DNA of 64,000 nucleotides. It comes from an uncultured Rhabdochlamydiaceae bacterium. GTDB taxonomy: Bacteria > Chlamydiota > Chlamydiia > Chlamydiales > Rhabdochlamydiaceae. Numbering within the stretch: the stretch's first letter is position 1; the number at the start of each line of letters is the position of its first letter. Below the pieces are notes generated by a model, which did not search any database, was not told the origin of the DNA, and worked only from the letters and a program-made list of their open reading frames with translations. Of the stretch, positions 28,699-39,419 are shown one piece after another. The position numbers and the translations under genes are program-made. The DNA lies in NCBI GenBank assembly GCA_963712275.1, contig CAVQHD010000001.1, positions 768,001 through 832,000 on the forward strand, in the 5' to 3' direction.

Positions 28699-29520
28699 AT
28701 GACGAAGGAATTTAGGCCCACCACTCCTGGGCAGCGAGAGCTTGTACTCGAAAGTCGCACTGCTCTCACAAAAGGTGTAAAACCAGAAAAATCTTTGCTC
28801 GTGAAAAAAAACCGCATGAATGGCCGCAATCATCATGGTCATATTACATGCCGCCATCTCGGTGGAGGGCATGCCCGGTTTTATCGAATGATTGACTTCA
28901 AACGAGATAAAATCGATATCCCCGCAAAGGTCGCTGCTTTAGAATACGATCCTAATCGAACAGCTCACATTGCTCTTTTGCACTATGTTGATGGCGAAAA
29001 GAGGTACATTCTGGCTCCAGAGGGGCTTAAGGTGGGCGAGACTGTGGTGACAACGGACAAAGAAGCCTATGACGTTGGCTGCTGCATGAAGCTAAAGCTG
29101 ATGCCGCTCGGCTCCGTCATTCATAACATTGAAATATCACCTGGCCAAGGGGCCTCTCTTGTCCGTTCTGCAGGGCTGTCAGCCCAGCTTCTTGCGCGCA
29201 GCGATGGGTATGTGACTTTAAAGATGCCGTCCGGCGAAATTCGGATGATCAATGAAGATTGCCGTGCTACATTTGGAGTTATTTCGAATGGTGAGCGGAT
29301 TCTTCGTGTCGAAGGAAAAGCAGGACGGATGCGTTGGAGAGGGGTCCGGCCTACGGTCCGAGGAACAGCGATGAACCCTGTCGACCACCCCCACGGAGGC
29401 GGCGAAGGAAAACATAACGGCTATCTCCCGCAAACTCCTTGGGCTATGTATACTAAAGGATTCCGTACACGTTCGAAGAAAAAAACAGGGAAATGGATTG
29501 TCAAGGATCGGAGGAAATAA
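28699..29520 (+). CDS. rplB: 50S ribosomal protein L2
   Basis: [30 protein letters not shown]. Confidence 0.98.
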   Translation: MTKEFRPTTPGQRELVLESRTALTKGVKPEKSLLVKKNRMNGRNHHGHITCRHLGGGHARFYRMIDFKRDKIDIPAKVAALEYDPNRTAHIALLHYVDGEKRYILAPEGLKVGETVVTTDKEAYDVGCCMKLKLMPLGSVIHNIEISPGQGASLVRSAGLSAQLLARSDGYVTLKMPSGEIRMINEDCRATFGVISNGERILRVEGKAGRMRWRGVRPTVRGTAMNPVDHPHGGGEGKHNGYLPQTPWAMYTKGFRTRSKKKTGKWIVKDRRK

Positions 29521-29529
29521 GAGTAGCAT

Positions 29530-29901
29530 ATGGGTAGATCGTTAAGAAAAGGTCCCTTCGTAGACCATCATCTCCTTGCAAAAGTAGAAAAGCAAAATAT
29601 GGGCGGCTCTAAAAGGTCCATTAAAACGTGGTCACGCCGATCGATGATTATTCCCGATATGGTGGGTCATACATTTGAAGTTCATAACGGACGTAAATTT
29701 ATTGCAGTCTTCATCTCTGAAAATATGGTGGGACACCGCCTTGGTGAATTTTCCCCTACGCGAGTATTCAAAGGGCATGGATCGAAGAAAATCGCAGAGG
29801 CTGCCGCCGCAGCTGCCGCACCTGCTGCTGGAGCAGCTCCTGCAGGAGCGCCTGCAGCGGCTCCACAAGGTGGAGCTAAACCCGCTGCAGCAGCTAAATA
29901 A
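29530..29901 (+). CDS. rpsS: 30S ribosomal protein S19 with Ala/Pro-rich C-terminal tail
   Basis: [23 protein letters not shown]. Confidence 0.97.
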   Translation: MGRSLRKGPFVDHHLLAKVEKQNMGGSKRSIKTWSRRSMIIPDMVGHTFEVHNGRKFIAVFISENMVGHRLGEFSPTRVFKGHGSKKIAEAAAAAAAPAAGAAPAGAPAAAPQGGAKPAAAAK

Positions 29902-29912
29902 GGGAGGATTGA

Positions 29913-30257
29913 ATGGAGCACGGTAAAGCAGTGACGAAAAATGTGAGAATTCCTCCACGCAAGGCAAGGCTTGCTGCAGATTTAATTCGAGGACTTTCAG
30001 TCGAGGATGCATCGATTCAGCTCATCCATTCTCAGCTGAAAGGAGGAAAACTGCTGAAGAAAACGTTAGATAGTGCAGTTGCGAACGCGGAAACACAGCT
30101 CAATATCCCTCGCCAAAAGTTAAGAGTAAGTGAAGTACGCATCGATTGCGGTTCTGTTCTTAAACGGTCTAAGACAAAAGCGCGAGGTGGAATGGTTCCT
30201 GTTTTGAAGCGAACCAGTCATCTGACAGTGATTGTAGAGCCAGTGGAAGGTCAATAA
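29913..30257 (+). CDS. rplV: 50S ribosomal protein L22
   Basis: PRKARLAADLIRG, KRTSHLTV. Confidence 0.97.
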   Translation: MEHGKAVTKNVRIPPRKARLAADLIRGLSVEDASIQLIHSQLKGGKLLKKTLDSAVANAETQLNIPRQKLRVSEVRIDCGSVLKRSKTKARGGMVPVLKRTSHLTVIVEPVEGQ

Positions 30258-30886
30258 TGGGACAAAAAACATCTCCTATAGGGTTTCGATTATCTCGAAC
30301 AAAGAAATGGAAGTCTCTCTGGTATGCCAACAAACAAGAATTTGGCGGGCAGCTTGGAGAAGATAAGCAAATTCGGGATTATCTTTTTGCAAAACCGATT
30401 TGCGTTGGGACCTCTCAGATTATCATTAAGCGAATGAGTGGAAAAGTTGAAGTGACGATTCATACCGCAAGGCCTGGACTCGTCATCGGGAAAAAAGGGG
30501 CTGAGATCGATATTCTCAAACAAGAGCTTAAAAAGCTGACAGGGAAAGAAGTCTATCTTGAAGTCGAAGAAATTAAAAGAGCTGATCTCGATGCAAAACT
30601 GATTGCCGATGGAGTTGCAAAACAGCTTGAGCGTCGAATGCCTTTTAGGCGCGTCATGAAAAAAGCGTTGCAATCTTCTATGGATGCCGGCGCTATGGGG
30701 ATTAAAATCTCCATTTCAGGACGTATCGGCGGTGCAGAGATTGCTCGTACCGAATGGTATAAAGAAGGACGTATTCCTCTCCACACAATCCGGGCAGACA
30801 TTGATCTTGGAATAGCGCGAGCGCAGACAATGTATGGTACGATTGGAGTGAAAGTGTGGGTTAATCATGGGGAAGGAGGAGCTTAA
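30257..30886 (+). CDS. rpsC: 30S ribosomal protein S3
   Basis: MGQKTSPIGFR, GRIGGAEIARTE. Confidence 0.98.
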   Translation: MGQKTSPIGFRLSRTKKWKSLWYANKQEFGGQLGEDKQIRDYLFAKPICVGTSQIIIKRMSGKVEVTIHTARPGLVIGKKGAEIDILKQELKKLTGKEVYLEVEEIKRADLDAKLIADGVAKQLERRMPFRRVMKKALQSSMDAGAMGIKISISGRIGGAEIARTEWYKEGRIPLHTIRADIDLGIARAQTMYGTIGVKVWVNHGEGGA

Positions 30887-30889
30887 TTT

Positions 30890-31309
30890 ATGGCACTGAT
30901 GCCAGCGCGTACAAAATTTCGAAAAATGCAAAAAGGGCAGAGGGCTGGGCTCAGCAAAGCCGCCAACTTTCTTGACTTCGGCGAATTTGGAATGCAAGCT
31001 TTGGAGCGGGGATGGATTACGAATCATCAAATTGAAGCATGCCGAGTGGCCATCTCTCGCTACTTCAACAGACGAGGACAGGTTTGGATTCGGATTTTTC
31101 CTGATAAGTCGGTGACAAAAAAACCTGCAGAAACACGAATGGGGAAAGGAAAAGGGAATGTGGAGCACTGGGTGGCTGTTGTGCGCCCTGGTAGAGTCCT
31201 TTTTGAAGTCGGCGGTGTTTCAAAAGATATTGCTCAAAATGGGCTTCGACGCGCTGCAGCAAAGCTAGGTATTAAAACCCGCTTTGTCGAGCGGCTGGAG
31301 AGAGTATAG
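30890..31309 (+). CDS. rplP: 50S ribosomal protein L16
   Basis: [15 protein letters not shown]. Confidence 0.98.
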   Translation: MALMPARTKFRKMQKGQRAGLSKAANFLDFGEFGMQALERGWITNHQIEACRVAISRYFNRRGQVWIRIFPDKSVTKKPAETRMGKGKGNVEHWVAVVRPGRVLFEVGGVSKDIAQNGLRRAAAKLGIKTRFVERLERV

Positions 31310-31311
31310 TT

Positions 31312-31515
31312 ATGTTGAATATGAGTGATTTAAAACAACAAGGTGCAGAAGAGCTCACGAAGCTCTATCGTGATCTTTCCAAAGAGATTTACGGTCTCAA
31401 GTGTGAGCTTCAGATGGCGCGTAAAACGGAAAAGCCTCACCTCCTTCGTGCAAAGAAAAAAGATCGTGCACGCGTGCTCACGGCGCTTCAGCAAACGAAT
31501 AAGGGGAAGGGTTAA
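31312..31515 (+). CDS. rpmC: 50S ribosomal protein L29
   Basis: KPHLLRAKKKDRARVLT; operon position. Confidence 0.93.
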   Translation: MLNMSDLKQQGAEELTKLYRDLSKEIYGLKCELQMARKTEKPHLLRAKKKDRARVLTALQQTNKGKG

Positions 31516-31518
31516 TTT

Positions 31519-31773
31519 ATGGTGCAGGGAAATAACAGCCGTCAAAAAGAGAGACAAGGACGGGTCGTCTCTACAAAAATGCAAAAAACAGTCACTGTCA
31601 AAGTAGACCGAACCTTTGCACATCCTGAGTTTAATAAAGTCGTCAAGCGAAGTAAGAATTATTACGCTCACTGCGAAGGCCATGAGGTCAAAGAAGGCCA
31701 GACCGTGCGGATTGTTGAAACAAGGCCTCTTTCAAAAAATAAGCGGTGGCGCGTTGTTGAGGTGATCGCATGA
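31519..31773 (+). CDS. rpsQ: 30S ribosomal protein S17
   Basis: [22 protein letters not shown]. Confidence 0.97.
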   Translation: MVQGNNSRQKERQGRVVSTKMQKTVTVKVDRTFAHPEFNKVVKRSKNYYAHCEGHEVKEGQTVRIVETRPLSKNKRWRVVEVIA

Positions 31774-32138
31774 TTCAACAAGAGAGTAACTTAGAAGTCG
31801 CTGATAATACCGGTGCAAAAAGTGTTCGATGCTTTAAAGTTCTCAAGGGTTCAAAGCGGCGGTATGCACAAGTTGGCGATGTCATTGTCTGCAGTGTAAA
31901 AGACGCAGATCCTAAGGGCATGGTCAAAAAAGGGGATGTTGTTAAAGCGGTGATTGTTCGAACACGCAGTTATATTCGCCGCGCTGATGGATCCTTGCTC
32001 CGCTTTTATGATAACAGCTGCGTCATTTTAGATGATAAGGGCAGCCCTCGCGGGACCCGCATTTTCGGTCCTGTCGCACGAGAAGTTCGCGAACAAGGAT
32101 TTGTAAAGATTACATCCTTAGCGCCTGAGGTAATTTAA
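31770..32138 (+). CDS. rplN: 50S ribosomal protein L14
   Basis: [26 protein letters not shown]. Confidence 0.98.
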   Translation: MIQQESNLEVADNTGAKSVRCFKVLKGSKRRYAQVGDVIVCSVKDADPKGMVKKGDVVKAVIVRTRSYIRRADGSLLRFYDNSCVILDDKGSPRGTRIFGPVAREVREQGFVKITSLAPEVI

Positions 32139-32139
32139 C

Positions 32140-32466
32140 ATGACACAATGGATTAAAAAAGGGGACAAAGTTCTCATTATCAGTGGAAATGATCGAGGTC
32201 GAACAGGAACAATCCTGCGCCGCGATGGAGACCATGTTGTCATCCAAGGGATGAATATTCGGAAAAAACATGCGAAGCGGCAAGCTCGAGTTCAAACTCC
32301 GAGCATTATCGAAATCGAAATGCCTATCCATGTCTCTAATATTTGCCTCTGCAATGATGAAGGGAAGCCCATTTGCTTAAAAGTAAAGCAGTTAAAAAAA
32401 GAGAAAGAACTGGTCTATCACCAGGATGGTAAGGATACAGTCTTTCGAACTCTTAGAAAAAGTTAA
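32140..32466 (+). CDS. rplX: 50S ribosomal protein L24
   Basis: IKKGDKVLIISG, PIHVSNI. Confidence 0.96.
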   Translation: MTQWIKKGDKVLIISGNDRGRTGTILRRDGDHVVIQGMNIRKKHAKRQARVQTPSIIEIEMPIHVSNICLCNDEGKPICLKVKQLKKEKELVYHQDGKDTVFRTLRKS

Positions 32467-32480
32467 ACGGATCATAAGAA

Positions 32481-33029
32481 ATGTCTAGATTGCTCAAACA
32501 CTATAACGAGGAAGTCAGACCCGCTCTCAAAGAGAAGTTTGGGTATTCCAACTCAATGTTGATTCCTTCTTTGAAGAAGATTGTCATTACCATGGGTCTT
32601 GCGGAAGCATCGAAAGATAAAAATGCAGTCCAAGATTGCCAAAAACAGCTAATGATGCTTTCCGGCCAAAAACCAATCTTTACAAAGACGAAGAAAGCCA
32701 TTGCGAACTTTAAGTCGCGCAAAGGACAAGTGATTGGTTTAAAAGTAACGCTTCGTCGGCGTCGAATGTTTGATTTCCTCGACCGGTTTTGTAACATTGT
32801 TACGCCTCGTATTAAAGACTTTCGAGGTTTCCCACCCAAATGCGATGGACGTGGATCTTACTCTGTTGGGCTCTCCGATCAGCAAGTCTTCCCTGAGATC
32901 AATCTGGATGAGGTTAAACGGACGCAAGGGATGATTATTACCCTTGTGACATCAGCTAAAACCGATGACGAGTGTCGTGAGCTGCTTCGCGAACTCGGAT
33001 TCCCATTTATTAAGACGGAAGGAAAATAA
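32481..33029 (+). CDS. rplE: 50S ribosomal protein L5
   Basis: [18 protein letters not shown]. Confidence 0.97.
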   Translation: MSRLLKHYNEEVRPALKEKFGYSNSMLIPSLKKIVITMGLAEASKDKNAVQDCQKQLMMLSGQKPIFTKTKKAIANFKSRKGQVIGLKVTLRRRRMFDFLDRFCNIVTPRIKDFRGFPPKCDGRGSYSVGLSDQQVFPEINLDEVKRTQGMIITLVTSAKTDDECRELLRELGFPFIKTEGK

Positions 33030-33033
33030 CTCT

Positions 33034-33423
33034 ATGTCACAACAAGACCCCATTGCTAGTATGCTGACTTCTCTTAGAAATGCAGCAACTGCTCATAGCC
33101 GTTTTGTCGATCTTGATCTCAGCTACCTAAAACATGAAATTCTAAAAATTCTTGAAAGACAAGGGTTTGTTGAACATATTTTAGTTGATGATCAGAAAAA
33201 GAAAATGCGAGTCTTTCTCAAGTATGACGGGCGAGAGCCTCTCATGCAAGGGTTGAAGCGCATTTCAAAACCGAGCCTCCGTAAATATATTGGGCGAGAT
33301 GAGATCCCAAGAATTATAGGAGGACTTGGAACCGCTATCCTCTCCACATCGAGGGGGATTTTAGATGGTGAAACGGCCCGAGAAAAAGGGGTCGGTGGCG
33401 AACTACTCTGTTACGTATGGTGA
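33034..33423 (+). CDS. rpsH: 30S ribosomal protein S8
   Basis: DPIASMLTSLRNA, GGELLCYVW; start ATG 33034. Confidence 0.96.
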   Translation: MSQQDPIASMLTSLRNAATAHSRFVDLDLSYLKHEILKILERQGFVEHILVDDQKKKMRVFLKYDGREPLMQGLKRISKPSLRKYIGRDEIPRIIGGLGTAILSTSRGILDGETAREKGVGGELLCYVW

Positions 33424-33434
33424 GGTAAATAAAG

Positions 33435-33989
33435 ATGTCACGTTTTGGAAAAATTCCAGTTCCGATTCCTTCCGGAGTTGAAGTGAAGCTTGAGGGGCGC
33501 AAGTTCCATGTCAAAGGACCCAAAGGAACGCTCTCTTCAGAACTTCCTGTTGGATTGATTCTTAAAATGGAAGAGGGAAAAGCGCTTGTGGTGAAAGAAG
33601 AAGGATCAGGTTTAACAAGTGCAATGTATGGACTTCACCGTTCCTTGTTCAACAATATGGTTCAAGGGGTTTCAAAAGGATTTGAAATTAAACTTGCCAT
33701 GGTTGGCGTTGGATACCGGGCAGCTCTCGAAGGGCATCACTTGAATTTGCAGGTCGGCCAGTCTCATCCTATAAAAATTTCCATTCCTAAGGGCGTTGTG
33801 GTAACAATCGATAAAAATGGAGTCATTAGCATTACAGGAATTGATAAACATCTCATCGGTCAGTTTGCAGCGAGTGTGCGTGCTGTTAAGCCCCCAGAAC
33901 CTTATAAAGGGAAGGGGATCCGATATGAAAAAGAATATGTACGTAAGAAAGCTGGAAAAGCAGCTAAAGCTAAAACGGCTGCAGGATAA
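33435..33989 (+). CDS. rplF: 50S ribosomal protein L6
   Basis: MSRFGK, PEPYKGKGIRY. Confidence 0.98.
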   Translation: MSRFGKIPVPIPSGVEVKLEGRKFHVKGPKGTLSSELPVGLILKMEEGKALVVKEEGSGLTSAMYGLHRSLFNNMVQGVSKGFEIKLAMVGVGYRAALEGHHLNLQVGQSHPIKISIPKGVVVTIDKNGVISITGIDKHLIGQFAASVRAVKPPEPYKGKGIRYEKEYVRKKAGKAAKAKTAAG

Positions 33990-33994
33990 TACCC

Positions 33995-34363
33995 ATGGAA
34001 AGTCATCTCATTCAAAGAAATCGGAAACGTTTTAAAAGAGCAGCCTCAGTCCGGAAATATATCCGAGGCTCTGCTGAGAAGCCTCGTCTCTCTGTGATGA
34101 AGTCGAATCAGCATATTGCAGCTCAAATCATCGATGATGAAGCAGGAACTACACTTGTTTCTGCTGCCACTCTCATGAAAAAATTTCGAGCGAAGAAACT
34201 TGGCAATAATAAAGAAGCAGCGCGGCTCATTGGCACAGAGCTTGCCGAGCGCGCAAAAGAAAAAAACATTACAACTGTTGTTTTTGACCGTGGGTTTCAT
34301 AAGTACCATGGAGTCATTGCAGAGCTTGCTAACGCGGCTCGCGAAGCAGGATTAAAATTTTAG
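33995..34363 (+). CDS. rplR: 50S ribosomal protein L18
   Basis: PRLSV, VFDRG, AREAGLKF. Confidence 0.97.
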   Translation: MESHLIQRNRKRFKRAASVRKYIRGSAEKPRLSVMKSNQHIAAQIIDDEAGTTLVSAATLMKKFRAKKLGNNKEAARLIGTELAERAKEKNITTVVFDRGFHKYHGVIAELANAAREAGLKF

Positions 34364-34368
34364 TGGAC

Positions 34369-34411
34369 TTAGAGGCTGTTTACGGAATCTGAACTCGTAA
34401 ACAGTCTCTTA
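34369..34411. repeat. Miniature palindromic element family A, short copy
   Basis: TTA-GAGGCTGTTTACG-GAATCTGAACT-CGTAAACAGTCTC-TTA between rplR and rpsE. Confidence 0.75.
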
Positions 34412-34424
34412 AAAAAAGGGAAGC

Positions 34425-34925
34425 ATGAGTACAAAAAACAAACGGCATCGACAGGAAGATTTCAATACCGAGTTTCAAGAAAAGGTCCTTTATATCAACC
34501 GGTGCTCTAAGGTCGTCAAAGGAGGGCGAAAATTCAGTTTTTCAGCCTTGATTATCGTTGGCGATGGCCAAGGGCATGTGGGGCTTGGTTTTGCAAAAGC
34601 CAATGAAGTTTCTGATGCGATTCGAAAGGGAGGAGAAGCTGCTCGAAAAAATATTCTTACTTTTGAGCTGGAAGGAACCACGATTCCGCATGAGATCACA
34701 GTTGACTGGGATGGATCGACAGTTTTTCTTAAGCCTGCTGTAGAAGGGACTGGGGTTGTTGCTGGTTCAAAAGTGCGAGATATCTTAGAGATTGGAGGCG
34801 TCAAAGATGTCATTGCTAAAATTCGGGGCTCTAACAACCCCTTAAATCAGGTTCAGGCTATTTTAAAAGCTCTGACACTTCTTAAAAATCGTCAAAAAAC
34901 ACTCAATGCGCGAGGCCTTGTATGA
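34425..34925 (+). CDS. rpsE: 30S ribosomal protein S5
   Basis: KVVKGGRKFSFSAL, GTGVVAG. Confidence 0.97.
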   Translation: MSTKNKRHRQEDFNTEFQEKVLYINRCSKVVKGGRKFSFSALIIVGDGQGHVGLGFAKANEVSDAIRKGGEAARKNILTFELEGTTIPHEITVDWDGSTVFLKPAVEGTGVVAGSKVRDILEIGGVKDVIAKIRGSNNPLNQVQAILKALTLLKNRQKTLNARGLV

Positions 34926-35401
34926 CCTTAACCCGTACTTCATTGGCTCAACTAACTAACACACACCGCCCTCGCAAGAAAGTGCAGCGAGTAGGTCGTG
35001 GGCTAGGCTCCAAGCGCGGGAAAACATCGTGCCGTGGAGTGAAGGGGAATAAAGCACGCCGTGGATATAAGAATCGATATGGACATGAGGGGGGACAGCT
35101 GCCTCTCTATCGAAAGCTTCCAACGAAAGGGTTTCCTCATGGGCGGTTTAAAAGTGATGTTTATGCAGTCAATCTCGGCATTTTAAATCAATTATTTAAA
35201 GATGGAGATGTCATTAATCTGAGCACGCTCCGAAAACGAGGTTATGCTCCTCGCACAGCTGCTGGAGGACTCAAAATCTTAGCTCAAGGAGAGCTCAAGA
35301 AAAAAGTTTCTTTAGAAGCACACGCTTTTTCCAAAGGTGCGATTGAAAAACTCGAAAAAGCAAAAATTCCATTTACAATTCTTACAAAAACACCTTCTTA
35401 A
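34922..35401 (+). CDS. rplO: 50S ribosomal protein L15
   Basis: RVGRGLGS, EGGQLPLYRKLP. Confidence 0.97.
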   Translation: MTLTRTSLAQLTNTHRPRKKVQRVGRGLGSKRGKTSCRGVKGNKARRGYKNRYGHEGGQLPLYRKLPTKGFPHGRFKSDVYAVNLGILNQLFKDGDVINLSTLRKRGYAPRTAAGGLKILAQGELKKKVSLEAHAFSKGAIEKLEKAKIPFTILTKTPS

Positions 35402-35409
35402 GACAGCAC

Positions 35410-36780
35410 ATGTTTGAATCTATTCGGCGCATTTTTTCAATTCCTGAGTTAAAAACAAAAGTTATCTTTACGTTGATGATGCTCATGGTTTGCCGAATAG
35501 GAGCACATATTCCTGTTCCAGGAATTAATGGAGAATTAGCTGTTCGAGTTTTCCATTTTGCTACAGGTGGAAGCCAAAACCTCTTCCAGCTCATGGATGT
35601 CTTTTCTGGCGGTGCATTTGCCCATATGACCATCATTGCTTTGGGAGTCATGCCGTACATCTCAGCATCGATTATTATGCAACTCCTGATGGCGCTTGTT
35701 CCATCACTCCAAAGAGAGATTAAAGAAAGCCCTGATCAAGGGCGTCGAAAAATGGGCCGGTGGATTCGTGTGCTCACCGTGGGCCTTGCATTTTTTCAAT
35801 CAGGCCTATTTGCAAAATATGCTGTCCAATTAAATACAAGCACCCCAGGAATTATCGTCGCGAACCTTTTGGATTTTCAAATTTTTGGGCTGCCTTGGCT
35901 ATTTTATCTCCTGGTGATGTCAACGATGACAGTCGGAACAATGCTCCTGATGTGGATTGGAGAGCAAATCTCTGAAAAAGGGGTTGGAAACGGAATGAGT
36001 TTAATCATTACCTTGGGAATTCTCTCCTCTCTTCCAAGCACCTTGGGGTCGATTATCCGTCAGCTGAATCTCGACTCGCAAGAGCCGGGCCAACTTTCGT
36101 TTTCTTCACTCATGATTTTGCTCCTTGTCTTTGTTTTAATTATCGTTGGAACCATTTTAGTCATTCAAGGACAGCGAAGAGTCCCGCTTCAATATGCTCG
36201 TAAGACGATTGGTAAGCAAGAAAGCGGAGGGGGAACCGCTTATATTCCTTTAAAAATTAACTATGCAGGAGTGATTCCAGTCATTTTTGCCTCTTCTTTC
36301 TTGATGCTTCCAGCAACGGTTGTTCAATTTATTGGACGTGGAAACAAGCTTGGGCATATTGCGACACTTTTATCTCCTGGCTCCTGGCTTCATACCATGC
36401 TCTATGTGATGTTAATTATATTTTTCACTTACTTTTGGACCGCCACGCAGTTTCATCCGGAGCAAATTGCGTCTGATATGAAAAAGAACGGCGCTTTTAT
36501 TCCGGGAGTTCGGCAAGGGAAGCCTACTCAAGATTTTTTTGAATCGACCATGAATCGGATCACCTGTATTGGAGCTGTTTTTTTAGCATTTATTGCAATT
36601 CTCCCGACCCTTGTCAGTCGTATTTTAGGAGTCGATGCGACGATTAGCCATTTTTTTGGAGGAACTTCCCTTTTAATCTTAGTGGGCGTTGTCTTGGATA
36701 CAACCAAGCAAATTGAGTCCCACCTCCTCATGAAGAAGTATGATGGCTTTATGCGAAGGTCTCGGGCCCACGGAGGATAG
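35410..36780 (+). CDS. secY: Preprotein translocase SecY
   Basis: LGVMPYISASII, FIPGVRQG, GGTSLLI. Confidence 0.98.
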   Translation: MFESIRRIFSIPELKTKVIFTLMMLMVCRIGAHIPVPGINGELAVRVFHFATGGSQNLFQLMDVFSGGAFAHMTIIALGVMPYISASIIMQLLMALVPSLQREIKESPDQGRRKMGRWIRVLTVGLAFFQSGLFAKYAVQLNTSTPGIIVANLLDFQIFGLPWLFYLLVMSTMTVGTMLLMWIGEQISEKGVGNGMSLIITLGILSSLPSTLGSIIRQLNLDSQEPGQLSFSSLMILLLVFVLIIVGTILVIQGQRRVPLQYARKTIGKQESGGGTAYIPLKINYAGVIPVIFASSFLMLPATVVQFIGRGNKLGHIATLLSPGSWLHTMLYVMLIIFFTYFWTATQFHPEQIASDMKKNGAFIPGVRQGKPTQDFFESTMNRITCIGAVFLAFIAILPTLVSRILGVDATISHFFGGTSLLILVGVVLDTTKQIESHLLMKKYDGFMRRSRAHGG

Positions 36781-36796
36781 GTTAGGGGATAGATTG

Positions 36797-36872
36797 ACAG
36801 TGTGACCGATATAATGGTAAGAACGATAAAATTTTTTCAAAATCGTTCTTACCATTATATCGTTCACACCGT
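36797..36872. repeat. Long inverted repeat (31-bp arms, 2 mismatches, 14-bp loop)
   Basis: ACAGTGTGACCGATATAATGGTAAGAACGAT ... ATCGTTCTTACCATTATATCGTTCACACCGT. Confidence 0.85.
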
Positions 36873-36979
36873 TTAAAAAACACTTTTAATGCTTGGTTAT
36901 CTGAGGGAGAAAAACTGGCTCTTGAAAATAAAGCAAGTTGGTTGTTAAACTAAACAGATCTAAAAAAGGATTTTTACAC

Positions 36980-37348
36980 ATGCCACGCATTGTTGGGATT
37001 GACGTTCCTGGTAATAAACGACTTGAGGTTGCACTGACCTATATCTACGGAATTGGTCGCAAGCTTTCAAATCAAATCATTGCGAAGTTAGGGATGAACC
37101 CTAATATGCGCGCTCAGCAACTATCCCAGGATGATATCGCTCGAATTAACGCTCTTCTTCAGTCAGGGTATATTGTTGAAGGAGACCTTCGTCGCCAAAT
37201 TCAAGGTAATATTAAACGACTTATTAATATTCATTGCTATCGAGGCGCGCGCCACCGCCTAGGGCTGCCTGTTCGAGGTCAACGCACACGGACAAATTCA
37301 AGAACTCGAAAAGGGAAAAGAAAAACTGTAGCTAACAAGAAGAAATAA
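36980..37348 (+). CDS. rpsM: 30S ribosomal protein S13
   Basis: [20 protein letters not shown]; start ATG 36980. Confidence 0.97.
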   Translation: MPRIVGIDVPGNKRLEVALTYIYGIGRKLSNQIIAKLGMNPNMRAQQLSQDDIARINALLQSGYIVEGDLRRQIQGNIKRLINIHCYRGARHRLGLPVRGQRTRTNSRTRKGKRKTVANKKK

Positions 37349-37350
37349 CA

Positions 37351-37779
37351 ATGAAAGAAACATCCGATTCCTCAGGTAAGACAGAAATTAAAAAACCTGC
37401 TGTGAAAGCTCGTAAGAAAGTACAACGAACTGTTCCAGCTGGAATTGCTTGTGTAAAAACAACATTTAACAATACGATTATCACCGTTACAGACCTTGCT
37501 GGAAATGTGATTGCATGGGCTTCCGCTGGTAAAGTAAACTACAAAGGTTCTCTTAAGTCCTCGGCATTTGCCGCGACTGTCGCTGCTCGAGAGGTAGCGA
37601 AAGCGGCAAGGGCAGACGTCGGGATGACAGAAATTGAAGTCTATCTTAAGGGTGCAGGTGCTGGACGGGAATCTGCAGTCAGAGGACTCTTAAGTGGAGG
37701 ACTCAATGTTACTACTATCACCGATGTGACTCCAATACCTCATAACGGCTGTAAACCTCGTAAACGACGTCGCGTCTAA
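37351..37779 (+). CDS. rpsK: 30S ribosomal protein S11
   Basis: TFNNTIIT, DVTPIPHNGC. Confidence 0.97.
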   Translation: MKETSDSSGKTEIKKPAVKARKKVQRTVPAGIACVKTTFNNTIITVTDLAGNVIAWASAGKVNYKGSLKSSAFAATVAAREVAKAARADVGMTEIEVYLKGAGAGRESAVRGLLSGGLNVTTITDVTPIPHNGCKPRKRRRV

Positions 37780-37796
37780 AACTTCAGGAGAAGATC

Positions 37797-38897
37797 ATGA
37801 CAGTAAAATATGGAAAATTTGAGCTTCCGACGAAGATTAAAAAAGATGAATCGGCACGCCAAATAAATCATTGCCGATTTATCGCGGAGCCCTTTGAAAG
37901 AGGCTTTGGACATACCGTTGGAAATGCACTGAGGAGAATTCTTTTAACTTCAATGGAAGCTCCTGCGATTTTATCAATTTGCATTGAAGGCGTCCTTCAT
38001 GAATATACAGCAATTGAAGGGATCATTGAGGACATGACGCATATTGTACTCAACTTTAAATTAGCGCTTTTGCGAAAACTTCCGACAGAAGAGCAACATA
38101 TTTCTCGTGAACCGCGCGTCATTTCAAAGACAATCGATATTACAGATCACATGTTAGACAAACGAGGTGGGCATTATGTTGTTACACTTAAAGATTTAAT
38201 GGGAGATACAGATTTTGATGTTGTCAACCCGGATCTTCCCCTCTTTACAGTCACAAAGCCTTTGACTAAAAAGATCGATCTGAAAATTGGTTTTGGACGA
38301 GGATATGTTCCTTCGGAGAGACATGCGATAAAAGAAAAGCGGATTGATGAAATCATTCTTGATACTGCTTTTTCACCGGTTCGCTTAGTGAATTACTTTG
38401 TCGAAAACACACGTGTGGGGCAAGACACCGACTTTGACCGTTTAATTTTAGATGTCACAACAGATGGACGTCTTTCTCCGGAAGAAGCGCTCTCTTTTGC
38501 AACTCAAATCGGGATCTTGCATTTTGAAGTGTTTGAAGAGCTCAAGCAACATAGCATTACGTTTGCTTCCGACGCCGTAGAAGTGAATACAGATCGGGAT
38601 GAATTGATTGCAAAACTTGCTCTTAAAATCGATGAAATCGAACTCTCTGTTCGGTCTAAGAATTGCCTTGATGGCGCTAAAATTGAAACCATTGGGGAGC
38701 TTGTCACAACGCCTGAATCGGAAATGCTCAAATATCGAAACTTTGGGAAAAAGTCTCTCAATGAAATCAAAGAGAAACTTGCACAAAGAGGCCTTTCTCT
38801 AGAAATGGACCTTTCTCAATTTGACATTACACGCGATAACATCAAAGAACTGATTACCAATTATCTTGCGCAAAAAGGAGCTGGCGAAACTGAATGA
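37797..38897 (+). CDS. rpoA: RNA polymerase alpha subunit
   Basis: [33 protein letters not shown]. Confidence 0.98.
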   Translation: MTVKYGKFELPTKIKKDESARQINHCRFIAEPFERGFGHTVGNALRRILLTSMEAPAILSICIEGVLHEYTAIEGIIEDMTHIVLNFKLALLRKLPTEEQHISREPRVISKTIDITDHMLDKRGGHYVVTLKDLMGDTDFDVVNPDLPLFTVTKPLTKKIDLKIGFGRGYVPSERHAIKEKRIDEIILDTAFSPVRLVNYFVENTRVGQDTDFDRLILDVTTDGRLSPEEALSFATQIGILHFEVFEELKQHSITFASDAVEVNTDRDELIAKLALKIDEIELSVRSKNCLDGAKIETIGELVTTPESEMLKYRNFGKKSLNEIKEKLAQRGLSLEMDLSQFDITRDNIKELITNYLAQKGAGETE

Positions 38898-39325
38898 GAC
38901 ATGCAAAACACACCTTTAAAATTGGGCGCACGTCTTCTCACCGTCGATGCATGCTAGCCAATATGCTCAAAGCCCTCATTTCGCATGAGCGCATTGAAAC
39001 AACTGTAACAAAAGCTAAAGAGCTCAGACGGCATGCAGATCGGATGATCACTCTTGGTAAGAAAAAAACCTTAGCAAGCCGTAGACAAGCGATTGCTGAT
39101 TTAATGATCACCTATAACCCGCTCTCCTCAAAAGAAGCACGGATTGCTAAAGGTGGCAAAACAGCCTATGTCTATAATAATGATCGGCAAGTGATCGGAA
39201 AGCTCTTTGGAGAGCTCTCTGAGAGGTTCTCTGCTCGTCAGGGAGGGTATACCCGCATCGTTCGCCTCGGTGAGCGAGCTGGAGATAATGCTCCAACTTG
39301 CATTATCGAATTCCTGCCCCAATAA
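38894..39325 (+). CDS. rplQ: 50S ribosomal protein L17
   Basis: [18 protein letters not shown]. Confidence 0.97.
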   Translation: MRHAKHTFKIGRTSSHRRCMLANMLKALISHERIETTVTKAKELRRHADRMITLGKKKTLASRRQAIADLMITYNPLSSKEARIAKGGKTAYVYNNDRQVIGKLFGELSERFSARQGGYTRIVRLGERAGDNAPTCIIEFLPQ

Positions 39326-39419
39326 AGGAAATTCTTGAACTCATAGTAGGACTTTACTCCCTTTTAAAAGTCGTATATGATGATCATAAAATCTCAGGGG
39401 CTAAAGAGGTTAAGCATTT

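Noticed and set aside
27041..35401. Absence of rpsJ, rpsN and rpmD from the ribosomal cluster
   Set aside because: Normal arrangement in Chlamydiota, not a novel loss
36794..36815. Consensus promoter TTGACA...TATAAT before rpsM
   Set aside because: Spacer is only 10 bp and the TATAAT is part of the palindrome arm
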